Of a DNA stretch of 64,000 nt, positions 29,768-38,459 are shown piece after piece. A program made the position numbers and the translations under genes. How positions within the stretch are numbered: position 1 is the first letter of the stretch; each line of letters opens with the position of its first letter. The notes beneath the pieces are model-generated. The model was given only the letters and a program-made list of their open reading frames with translations. It did not search any database and had not been told where the DNA came from. Source of the stretch: an uncultured Verrucomicrobiae bacterium (GTDB lineage Bacteria; Verrucomicrobiota; Verrucomicrobiia; Chthoniobacterales; Chthoniobacteraceae); the NCBI GenBank assembly GCA_963769025.1, contig CAVYKI010000006.1, positions 576,001-640,000 of the forward strand, given 5' to 3'.

Positions 29768-30460
29768 GTGAAAAAGCTTAAAGACTTAAATTTGACCGGT
29801 CCGGTGGTCGTTGCGACGGCGCATTCGGTGTCCGGGATGAGGCTGGCGGAGAAGCTAGGAACGCGGGATGTGGACTTGCTGGAGCTTCGCGCGGATGCCC
29901 TTGAGGCGAAGATGGGAGCGGTCCGGAGATTTCTGGCAACGGTCCGGCTGCCGATCCTGCTGACGGTGCGGCATCCAGCTGAGGGCGGGATCGGGAATCT
30001 TTCGGTCGAGCGTCGGAGGGAAATCTTCCGTGAATTGCTGCCGTATGCGGCGCTGGTGGACGTGGAACTCCGTTCGGTCGCATCGATGCGGGAGGTGATT
30101 TCCGCGGCCAAAGGGCAGGGGATCGGCCTTGTCGTTTCGAGTCACGATTTTCATAGAACTCCGTCGCTGGCCGAGATGGGGAACCGGCGGGACCGGGCGT
30201 TTGCGGCGGGCGCGGACATATTCAAGGTCGCGGCGCGCGCGGATGACGCTGGTTCGGCAGCCCGGCTGCTTGATTTCGTTTCCACGGCCAAGGCGCGCCG
30301 GCTCGCTGTGATGGGAATGGGGAAACTCGGACAGGCTTCGCGGCTCGTCCTGGCCTGCGCCGGTTCGACCTTGAACTACGGCTACCTCGACAAACCGAAC
30401 GCGCCCGGGCAGTGGGAGGCGAAGGAACTGAAGACCCTGCTTTTCCGGCTCCGCCGGTGA
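29768..30460 (+). CDS. aroD: Type I 3-dehydroquinate dehydratase
   Basis: ELRAD, LLTVR..EGG, VDVE, SSHDF, DIFKVA, MGMG..SR, APGQ. Confidence 0.9.
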   Translation: MKKLKDLNLTGPVVVATAHSVSGMRLAEKLGTRDVDLLELRADALEAKMGAVRRFLATVRLPILLTVRHPAEGGIGNLSVERRREIFRELLPYAALVDVELRSVASMREVISAAKGQGIGLVVSSHDFHRTPSLAEMGNRRDRAFAAGADIFKVAARADDAGSAARLLDFVSTAKARRLAVMGMGKLGQASRLVLACAGSTLNYGYLDKPNAPGQWEAKELKTLLFRLRR

Positions 30461-30519
30461 AAGGTGTGGAGAGGGAAGCAGGCTCGGAAGCCTGCCGGCG
30501 GCACGGAACTTGGTGCCGG

Positions 30520-30906
30520 CTACGCGGCTTGGCCGGCCGGCACCGCGGTCTGGCTGAGGACCCTCATCAGAGCCGAGTAAATTTCCGATGGTCCAAGGCC
30601 CTTGCTGACGTAGCCGTTGGCGCCGGCCTTGCGGGCAGCCTGCATGGCCTCCTCGTCGTAACCCAGGCCGGTGAACATCACGATTGGAAGCGCCGCATGC
30701 TTCTCGCGAATCAATGCGGTGAGGGCGATGCCGTCGATTTTCGGCATGCCGATGTCGAGGATGATCGCGTCGCAGGGGTTGAGGTCGAGCCAACTGACCA
30801 CTTTGGAGCTGTCCGAGAGCGAGGAACAGGTGTGACCCTTTCCGCGAAGGAAAGTGGTCAGGAAGCGATTGAGGAGGCGATTGTCGTCAACAACGAGGAA
30901 GTTCAT
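30520..30906 (-). CDS. Single-domain response regulator
   Basis: LVVDD, ILDIGMP, MFTG, YVSK. Confidence 0.9.
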   Translation of the reverse strand: MNFLVVDDNRLLNRFLTTFLRGKGHTCSSLSDSSKVVSWLDLNPCDAIILDIGMPKIDGIALTALIREKHAALPIVMFTGLGYDEEAMQAARKAGANGYVSKGLGPSEIYSALMRVLSQTAVPAGQAA

Positions 30907-30936
30907 TCGGATGGGCCTTTGTGTGGGCTTTGAATT

Positions 30937-30953
30937 AGCAGTGACTATGCCAG
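30937..30953 (-). promoter_or_regulatory. Putative sigma54 promoter
   Basis: Minus strand CTGGCATAGTCACTGCT (GG-N10-GC), 30 nt upstream of ATG 30906. Confidence 0.55.
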
Positions 30954-31160
30954 CGAAGGCGCGGGTTGGAGAATTTGTGCCGCTGTCCGGCCCTCAGAGG
31001 GAAATTGTCGATTTGCGGGGCTCGCTGACCGGTCTGGGGCAACAAGTCCGGAAGTGAACGCCCGCTCGGTGCGGGGTCCTACCTTTTCGAGCGCAGAGCG
31101 TTTGGAAAATGGGTGCACTCAGGAGGCTCGCCCGCTCCCCGGCGAAGGGCTCTTTGCCGC

Positions 31161-31201
31161 AAAAGAAAACTCCCCCGGGACGTTGCCGCCCCGGGGGAGT
31201 T
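31161..31201 (-). terminator. Rho-independent terminator of the porin-like gene
   Basis: AACTCCCCCGGG/CCCGGGGGAGTT stem with a T-run on the minus strand. Confidence 0.85.
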
Positions 31202-31228
31202 GAATTCAGAACAGATGGTCTGTGTTAC

Positions 31229-32143
31229 TTAGAACGCGACCTTGAGGCCGCCCGAGAACACGAGCTCGTTCTTGTCCGTGACGCCCGGGAACGGTGCGCC
31301 ACCGCCCTGGCCGGACGAACCAGCCCGCTGGCCGAGGAGACCCGTGTTCCTGCCGCCGAGACGGTAGTAGTTGAAGCCGGTGTAGACCGACCACTTGCCG
31401 AGGCAGGCGGGGACCATGTCCAGCGCGTAGGTGGCCTTGATGCCGACGCCGATGAAGCCGAAGCCGCGGTTGTGGAGGTAGAGACCACCGGAACCGAAGC
31501 CGGCGTTAACCGGGAGCGACAGCGTGAGGTTGCCGTAGCTGTGCGAAGGGGCGATACCCACTTCGTAGTACTGGCCACGGCTGCCGTTGATGTTGTTGCC
31601 GGTCGTGCCCTGAACGTTGAGTTCAACGACAGCGTACGGGTGCAGCGCGAACGCGCCGAGGAGGTCGGAGTCATCATACGCGAGGCTGAAGCCGATCGCG
31701 TAGGCGTTGGCGAACCGGTCGGACGGGCTGGAATAGTCCTTCCAGTAGGTGCCGATCGCCAGCTTGTCGAAGTTCCACGTCAGGCCAGCCTGGAAGTCGA
31801 ACTCATACCAGTTGCGGGTCGTGCCGCCGACGCCCTGACGATGGCCATGAAACGAGTTCCAGATGCCGAGGTCGACGGTGACGGAGGTCAGTGCGCCCGC
31901 GCCCTTGTAGATGCGGAAGTGCAGGTTGGCGTAGGGCTGGATGATGAAGCCCTGGTTCTCCTGGACGACGCCCTTGGTGATGTAGTTGCTGACGATGTCG
32001 AATCCGATATCGCCGGTGATGCAGGATTCCTGCGCGACTTCCTTGACCGCTTTGACGGTCTTGGAGGTCCCAGCGTAGGCGTTGGAGCCCGCGAGGCAGG
32101 CTGCCGCGAATGCTGCGACCGTAGTGATGGTGCGTGTGTTCAT
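31229..32143 (-). CDS. Outer-membrane beta-barrel protein (TorF/TIGR02001-like putative porin)
   Basis: Signal peptide, SNYITKG..QPYA, WYEFDF, aromatic beta strands, C-terminal Phe (LKVAF). Confidence 0.75.
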   Translation of the reverse strand: MNTRTITTVAAFAAACLAGSNAYAGTSKTVKAVKEVAQESCITGDIGFDIVSNYITKGVVQENQGFIIQPYANLHFRIYKGAGALTSVTVDLGIWNSFHGHRQGVGGTTRNWYEFDFQAGLTWNFDKLAIGTYWKDYSSPSDRFANAYAIGFSLAYDDSDLLGAFALHPYAVVELNVQGTTGNNINGSRGQYYEVGIAPSHSYGNLTLSLPVNAGFGSGGLYLHNRGFGFIGVGIKATYALDMVPACLGKWSVYTGFNYYRLGGRNTGLLGQRAGSSGQGGGAPFPGVTDKNELVFSGGLKVAF

Positions 32144-32345
32144 GTGTTTAGTGGTGGTGTTTGGTGTTTGCTTGTTACATGCCTTTCGGCGGCGCGGTTT
32201 GTAGCTGGGTTGACAGGAGGGCGCAACAAATTTTTTTAGGATTGTGAATTGGTGTTAATAACTCTCCGCGCCTCTGTAAAACCCGCGTTTGCCTGTGAAT
32301 AACTTGCCGCTTATGCCCGGGGCTGAAAATGAGGCGCTGTTTTTT

Positions 32346-33323
32346 TCAGAATTTCGCCCCTGTTTGCAGGATGATTTTCCCCCGGTGCCCTCTTCCGAGG
32401 ACCGCCTTTTGGGCTTCGGCTGCTTCTGCAAGGGGGAGGACTTGGCCGATCACCGGACTCAGCTTTCCCGATGCGAGCGCCTCGTTGATCGCCGCGTGGC
32501 ACTCGGCGAGTTCCGGCGCGGGCGTATTGGACACCATCACTCCGCGGACGTCCGCATCGCGCAACATGAGGTCCCGGGGGTTGATTTCGATGCTCCCGCG
32601 GTTCCCGACAACAACGACCCGCCCGTTCCGTCCGAGCACTCCGAGGTCGCGGGCAAGGTTCACGTTTGCGAGCATCTCTATGATCAATCCGACGCCCTGA
32701 CCGTCAGTCGCCTTAAGGACCCCATCCATGTAACCGTCGGCCGTGTGGTCGAAGACCGCGCTCGCGCCCTGCTCGCCGAGCATCTTCCGCCCTTCCTCGC
32801 TGCCGCCGGTCGCGAAGACCCGCAGCCCGGCAGCCTTTGCGAACTGGATCGCCGCCACCCCCACGCCGCCAGTCGCACCATGCACCAGCACCGTCTCGCC
32901 CGACTTCGCCCCGCCGCGCTGGAAGAGCGCCCGGTACGCCGTGGAGTAGGGGATGCCCAGCGCCGCGCCCTGTTCGAAAGTCACGTGGTCTGGCAAGGCG
33001 AACACCCGTCCCGCGACGCACACCGTCTGCTCGGCATACGTCCCGCTCACGCTCCCGGCCACCCACACGCGCTGACCCGGTCGGAGCCGCGCCTCCACGC
33101 CCGTGCCCACGCTTTCCACCACGCCCGCACCGTCCGAGCCCGGCGTGTAGGGCAAAGGCGGCAGCTTCGCGTAAGTGCCCGCTCTTATATAGGTCTCCAC
33201 CGGATTCACGCCGGCTGCCATCAGGCGCACGAGCACCTGTCCGGGGCCGGGCTCCAGGTTGGGTTCGTCACTGAGTTCGAGGACTTCGGGGCCGCCAAAG
33301 GCCTTCATGCGGATTGCTTTCAT
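32346..33323 (-). CDS. NADPH:quinone reductase (zeta-crystallin/MDR family)
   Basis: FGGPEVL, GVNPVETYIRAG, PYTPGSDGAG, HGATGGVG, GKIIL. Confidence 0.92.
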   Translation of the reverse strand: MKAIRMKAFGGPEVLELSDEPNLEPGPGQVLVRLMAAGVNPVETYIRAGTYAKLPPLPYTPGSDGAGVVESVGTGVEARLRPGQRVWVAGSVSGTYAEQTVCVAGRVFALPDHVTFEQGAALGIPYSTAYRALFQRGGAKSGETVLVHGATGGVGVAAIQFAKAAGLRVFATGGSEEGRKMLGEQGASAVFDHTADGYMDGVLKATDGQGVGLIIEMLANVNLARDLGVLGRNGRVVVVGNRGSIEINPRDLMLRDADVRGVMVSNTPAPELAECHAAINEALASGKLSPVIGQVLPLAEAAEAQKAVLGRGHRGKIILQTGAKF

Positions 33324-33371
33324 GCGCGCAGTCTTTGACAGAACGCACCTCCTCGTCCATCCCTTTGCACC

Positions 33372-33809
33372 GTGAGCGACTCCTGCTGCCAGCACCATTC
33401 ACCCGAACCCGATTCCGAAAAGCCCGGCGCCTTCGGCGTCGAAAATCCGCGCGGCCTCGACGCCCTCGCCTTTGACGGCGAGACCGGCGAAGCCGTCCTC
33501 ATTATGGTCGAGCCCCGTCCGTGGGACGGCTCCGAGCAGCGCCTCTTCCAGCTTCAGGAGAAAGTGAACGCCTACCTCAGCTTCGCCCTCGACGGCGAGA
33601 TGACCGACGCATTCCCCCACCTCGCCGGCAAGCCCGTCCGCCTCCAGCTCGACTGCGCCGCCCCGCCCGACTCGATGACCGAGCACCTCATCACCGCCGT
33701 CCGCGAGCACATCGCGCTGCAGGACATGAAATTCGCCGTCCGCATCGTCGGCGAGCCCGCTCCCGCCGGCGAGGGCAGCTGCGGCACCGGCTGCGGCTGT
33801 CATCCGTAG
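33372..33809 (+). CDS. Hypothetical protein (DUF6572-like core) with Cys/His-rich termini
   Basis: RPWDGSEQRLFQLQEKVNAYLSFALDGEM core; SCCQHH and CGTGCGCH ends. Confidence 0.65.
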   Translation: MSDSCCQHHSPEPDSEKPGAFGVENPRGLDALAFDGETGEAVLIMVEPRPWDGSEQRLFQLQEKVNAYLSFALDGEMTDAFPHLAGKPVRLQLDCAAPPDSMTEHLITAVREHIALQDMKFAVRIVGEPAPAGEGSCGTGCGCHP

Positions 33810-33832
33810 CCCAGCGCGCAAGGCGGACCTTT

Positions 33833-34316
33833 TTACCTCTCTCCTCCCGCTGGAGCAGCAGCGCCGCGGATCTCCGCGTGCTGGATCGCACCGCCGAAAT
33901 TTGCCGCGCGCCCCATGAGGCCCACCGTGATCGCTGTGAGGACGAACACAGCCATCATGATGCGTCCGGACAACCGCTTTCCTCCGCGCCCGAGGATGAG
34001 CGCCGCGAGCGCCATTACTCCTGCGAGTGCAGCGGCGGCAAACGCGAACCCCGCCGCACTCTCATGTTTCTCGATGAGCGGGTCCTCATCCACCGGCGTC
34101 GCCTCGATGATTTCCATGATTCCCTCAAACGCCGGCTCGCCGGTCATGTAGGCTGGCACGGTCAGCAACGCCACCAGTACCGACCGCGCCGAGGGCGGCG
34201 CGCTTGAGTTCCTCGCTGCGCCGGAAAATCGCCCAACCCAGCAGGCCGAGCGCAAACGCAGAGCCGACCAGGGGAATGTGATTGAGCAGCAAATGCCAGT
34301 GAGCGGGATTGATCAT
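33833..34316 (-). CDS. Membrane protein (DUF2231-like), frameshifted
   Basis: HWHLLLNHIP..AYMTGE..EKHE..NFGGAIQHAEIR across two frames; four TM helices. Confidence 0.7.
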
Positions 34317-34506
34317 GGCGTCGGGAATATGACACGCCCGCTTCGCTTGTTGGAGGATTTTCGATCTCAGCACATGCGAAAGTCGGGCGCGGCGTCGCGA
34401 TCCGTGAGCCGCTGGCCGCCGCATGCACTACGCAAACTCTGTCGCGAGGAGGAATCGCGGGCGTGCGCGATTGCATTCCGTTGCGGAGGGCGACAACATC
34501 CGGCCC

Positions 34507-35070
34507 ATGTCCACAGAACCAGTCCCCCCGGACCCACCTTCTGCGCCTGCCGCTGATCGCCGTGAATTTCTAAAATCCGCCGCGTGCGTCGCGCTCGGCG
34601 GCGCGTGTGTGCTGGTCCCGGCGCTTGCGGGTGTGACCGTGCTGGTCGGCCCGTTGAGCCGTCCCGCGCCGGACGGCTCGTGGGTGCAGCTCGTAAAGCT
34701 CGACGCCCTCCAGATCGGCGCTGCGCCACGACTTTTCCAAGTCTTCATCGAGCGCACGGATGCCTGGACGCGGCACGCGCGCAATGCCGTCGGCACCGTC
34801 TTCCTCGAACGGCTCAAGGATCAAACCGTGCGCGCTTTCCAGTCCGCGTGTCCGCACCTCGGCTGCGCGGTGGAATGGCGCGCCGAGCAGAAACATTTCT
34901 TCTGCCCGTGCCACAACAGCGCGTTTTCGCATGACGGGGAAATCATCCAGCCGAGCCCGTCTGCGCGCGGACTCGACACGCTGGAGGTATCGATCCACGA
35001 GGACGGTGGCGTGTGGGTGAAGTTCCAGGACTTCAAGGCGGGCGTGAAGGAAAAGATCCCCGTGGCATGA
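34507..35070 (+). CDS. Rieske 2Fe-2S subunit of quinol:cytochrome c oxidoreductase
   Basis: Tat motif DRREFLK; CPHLGC and CPCHNS. Confidence 0.93.
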   Translation: MSTEPVPPDPPSAPAADRREFLKSAACVALGGACVLVPALAGVTVLVGPLSRPAPDGSWVQLVKLDALQIGAAPRLFQVFIERTDAWTRHARNAVGTVFLERLKDQTVRAFQSACPHLGCAVEWRAEQKHFFCPCHNSAFSHDGEIIQPSPSARGLDTLEVSIHEDGGVWVKFQDFKAGVKEKIPVA

Positions 35071-36851
35071 AGGCGCTCTTCGACTGGTTCGACTCCCGCA
35101 CCGGCTACCGCAAGCTCGTAAGGACCGCGCTTTACGAGCATGTCCCCGGCGGCGCGCGCTGGCGCTACGTGTGGGGCAGCACACTCAGCTTCGCGATCGT
35201 CGTGCAGTTCATCACCGGCGTGTTCCTTTGGATGAACTACAGCCCGAGCGCGCAGACCGCTTGGGAAAGCGTCCACTACATCAACGACGTGATGCCCGGC
35301 GGATGGCTGCTGCGCGGCATCCACCACTACATGGCGCAGCTCATGGTGCCGCTGCTCGTGCTGCACTTCATGCAGGTCATCATCGACCGCGCCTACCAGG
35401 CTCCGCGCGAAGTGAACTACTGGTTCGGCCTCGGCCTGCTCGGACTCACGCTCGCGATTTCCGTCACGGGCTACCTGCTGCCTTGGGACCAGCGCGGATA
35501 CTGGAGCACGAAAGTGGTGACCAATCTGATCTCCGGCGTCCCGGTCGTGGGAGACAGCCTCCAGCGCCTCGTTGTCGGCGATGCGAACTACGGCCACCAC
35601 ACGCTCACGCGGTTCTTCGCGATGCACGCGGGGATTTTGCCCGCGCTCATGGTGCTGGTCATCATCGGCCACGTCGCACTTTTCCGGAAGCACGGCCTCA
35701 CGCCGAAGCTGCCGAAGAAGAAACGCGACTCGATGTTCTGGCCCGATCAGGTGCTCAAGGACGCCGTCGCGTGTCTCGCCGTGCTCGCTGCGGTGCTCGG
35801 CCTCGTGTGGTGGTTCAAAGGCGCGGAACTCGGTGCGCCCGCAAATCCGTCCGAGCCCTACAGCGCCGCGCGGCCCGACTGGTATTTCATGTCGCTCTTC
35901 CAGTTCCTGAAATTCTTCCAGGGCGAGGACATCATCTGGGGCTCGCTGATCATCCCGGGCATCATTTTCGGCCTGCTCATGCTCATGCCGCTGCTCGGCC
36001 GATGGCAGCTCGGGCATCGGTTTAATCTCTTCGTGCTCTTCGCCGGCCTCGCGGGATTCGGCGTGCTCACCGCGATGGCATTCACCCACGACGCGCGCGA
36101 TTCGCACTATCACGCCGCCGTCGCGCAGGCCCGCCGCGATGCCGCGCGCACCAAGGAACTCGCCGCCGCCAACAAGGGCATCCCGAACGAAGGCGCGCTC
36201 TCACTCCTGCGCAACGATCCGCACACGCAGGGTCCGCGTCTTTTCGCCAGCCAGTGTGCGAGCTGCCACACCTATGCCGGACACGACGGTCTCGGCGCGC
36301 CGCTCCCCGAGCCGCCCACCGCGCCCGACCTCGCCGGCTTTGGCTCGCGCGAATGGCTGCGCGGTTTCATGGACCCCGCGCAGATCGAGACGCCGAAATA
36401 TTTCGGCGGCACGGTCTTCGTGAATCCAAAGCCCGGCGACAAGAAGAGTCGCATGGTCCGCTTCATCCTCGAGGACGTGGCCGGGTACGGCGCGGAGGAA
36501 AAGGCGCAGCTCGAGAAAATCATCGCCGCCGTGAGCGCCGAGGCGAAACTTCCTGCGCAGAGCGAAGCCGACAAGCGCGACATCGCCATCATCGAGGAAG
36601 GCCGCAAGCTGCTCGCCGACCTCACGCTCGACTGTACCGACTGCCACACGTTTCACGCGACGGAGGGCGGCAAGGGCCCCGACTTCACCGGCTACGGCTC
36701 GCATGAGTGGCTGTCCGGCTTCCTGAAAAACCCGGCCCACGAGCGCTTCTACGGAAAGCGCAACGACCGCATGCCGGCATTCAGCGGCGAGGGCAGCCGC
36801 CTCACCGAGCGCGAACTCGACCTGCTCATCCGCTGGCTGCGCGGCGAGTGA
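35067..36851 (+). CDS. Cytochrome b (b6-like + subunit IV) fused to a di-haem cytochrome c
   Basis: RGIHHY..LH, TGYLLPWDQ, RFFAMH..GH, PDWY; CASCH and CTDCH. Confidence 0.93.
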   Translation: MKALFDWFDSRTGYRKLVRTALYEHVPGGARWRYVWGSTLSFAIVVQFITGVFLWMNYSPSAQTAWESVHYINDVMPGGWLLRGIHHYMAQLMVPLLVLHFMQVIIDRAYQAPREVNYWFGLGLLGLTLAISVTGYLLPWDQRGYWSTKVVTNLISGVPVVGDSLQRLVVGDANYGHHTLTRFFAMHAGILPALMVLVIIGHVALFRKHGLTPKLPKKKRDSMFWPDQVLKDAVACLAVLAAVLGLVWWFKGAELGAPANPSEPYSAARPDWYFMSLFQFLKFFQGEDIIWGSLIIPGIIFGLLMLMPLLGRWQLGHRFNLFVLFAGLAGFGVLTAMAFTHDARDSHYHAAVAQARRDAARTKELAAANKGIPNEGALSLLRNDPHTQGPRLFASQCASCHTYAGHDGLGAPLPEPPTAPDLAGFGSREWLRGFMDPAQIETPKYFGGTVFVNPKPGDKKSRMVRFILEDVAGYGAEEKAQLEKIIAAVSAEAKLPAQSEADKRDIAIIEEGRKLLADLTLDCTDCHTFHATEGGKGPDFTGYGSHEWLSGFLKNPAHERFYGKRNDRMPAFSGEGSRLTERELDLLIRWLRGE

Positions 36852-36880
36852 GCGACACACCGTGCGCGGTCCCGTACCGA

Positions 36881-36959
36881 AACCACGGAGGACACGGAGA
36901 GCACGGAGGAGAAAGCGATCAGCTCCGTGATTTCCGTGTGCTCCGTGTGCTCCGTGGTT
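36881..36959. repeat. REP-like palindrome of CACGGAG nonamer units
   Basis: AACCACGGAG-GACACGGAG-AGCACGGAG versus the inverted arm ..TCCGTGTG-CTCCGTGTG-CTCCGTGGTT. Confidence 0.85.
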
Positions 36960-37053
36960 AAAACCTTTGGCACCTCCCGAAATCCGACGCCACGTTCCGC
37001 GCGTGCGAGTTGACCGCCCGCACCGTTTCCGAAAAGACACCGCAACCTCATTC

Positions 37054-37902
37054 ATGATTCGCCCGCTTCTCGTCCCGCTCGTTCTCGCTTTCATCACGCT
37101 CACCACGGTCGCACGCGCGGGACTTCCGCAGGTCATCAATGTCTCGGCCTATGATCCCAAGGAGCGGCAGCGTTCCGGCAAGGGCTACTCGGAGCACGAT
37201 GTCTCCGCGCTCCGCGACAACGGCGCCAGCGCGCTCATCGCCCGCGCCGGAAAGGGCGGCGTGCTCGACGACAAATGCGGAAATTTCCTCGCCGCAGCGG
37301 ATCGGGTGAACCTGCTGCCCGGAGTTTACTATCGGCTGCAAAAGCACATCGATGCCGTGAAGCAGGCCGATCAATTCATCTCCCGCGCGCGGCAACTCGC
37401 ACGCAGCCGTGCGTGGAATGCGCCCGCGCTGCTGCTCTGCGGCGACTTCGACGCGGCCTCGAAACTCTCCGACATCCTGCGCTTCATGGATCGCGTGGAA
37501 TCGCGCACGGGCGTCTTCCCTGTCGCGTATCTCGAAAACAGCACGCACCTGAAAGTTCTCCTCAGCACCGCCAGCGCCTCCGAGAAGGCGAAGCTCCGCC
37601 GCATGCCATACTGGCTCGCCCTCTACTCGCACGAGAGCGGCGGCGGCTCGCAGTTTCCCGCGCCCGTGAATCCGCGCGGTCTCGTGAAGCAATACGACGT
37701 CTGGTCGGACTGGACGCTCTGGCAATATGGTGGCGTCGATTGGGAGCGCGGCGCTTCGCGTGCGAAAGTTTACAGCCACGGCCCGTACCGCTTCAGCCGC
37801 TATTTCGGCGACCTGGACCGCCCCATCGAGCGAAACGTCTTCAACGGCTCGCTCGCGTCGCTGCAGACCTTCTGGAAACGCCACGGCCTGCCGCTGAACT
37901 GA
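37054..37902 (+). CDS. Secreted GH25 (lysozyme-like) TIM-barrel protein
   Basis: Signal peptide; INVSAYD, PGVYY, QADQF, GDFD, YWLALY, TLWQY, RNVFNGS. Confidence 0.7.
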   Translation: MIRPLLVPLVLAFITLTTVARAGLPQVINVSAYDPKERQRSGKGYSEHDVSALRDNGASALIARAGKGGVLDDKCGNFLAAADRVNLLPGVYYRLQKHIDAVKQADQFISRARQLARSRAWNAPALLLCGDFDAASKLSDILRFMDRVESRTGVFPVAYLENSTHLKVLLSTASASEKAKLRRMPYWLALYSHESGGGSQFPAPVNPRGLVKQYDVWSDWTLWQYGGVDWERGASRAKVYSHGPYRFSRYFGDLDRPIERNVFNGSLASLQTFWKRHGLPLN

Positions 37903-37903
37903 C

Positions 37904-38425
37904 ATGAACAACGACTGGAAACTCGAATTTCGCAACGTGTGGGATCGCGCTGTCGCCGCGTGGAAAGCGGGACGCAATTCGCCGCAGACCATGTTCACGC
38001 CGGACGATGTGGCCTTCCTCGCAACCATCGGCTGCACCGCGCAGGAGTTGTTCGATTTCGTCGATGACTCGCTCGGTTACGACGATCTCGATTTTGAAAC
38101 CGCACTCGCCGTCACGGAGATCCGGCGCTCGTATTTCCTCGATGTGATGCACGGCAAGCCGACCGGCCGCGTCGTGCCGATGAGCGACCTCCCCGCAAAG
38201 TCCGCTGAAGTGGACGGCATCGCATGGCTCCCTCGCCTCATCGAAAAGGCGCGCATCAAGCTGCGCGGCGAGATGAACCCCGACCTCATGTACGGCTGCG
38301 CCGGCGACCGCCCGTTTCTGCGCGAGCACGGCATGACGCTCCCTCAATTCCTGCAACTCGTGTGGGACAAGGGCGACGATGACCGCGCGATCGTGGACGC
38401 GGTAAAGCACGCCGCGGGACGTTGA
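37904..38425 (+). CDS. DUF5069-like protein
   Basis: GIAWLPRLIEKARIKLRGEM..YGCAGDRPFL. Confidence 0.7.
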   Translation: MNNDWKLEFRNVWDRAVAAWKAGRNSPQTMFTPDDVAFLATIGCTAQELFDFVDDSLGYDDLDFETALAVTEIRRSYFLDVMHGKPTGRVVPMSDLPAKSAEVDGIAWLPRLIEKARIKLRGEMNPDLMYGCAGDRPFLREHGMTLPQFLQLVWDKGDDDRAIVDAVKHAAGR

Positions 38426-38459
38426 TTTTGGCGAAAGCGCAGGCGCGTATGCGCCGCAC

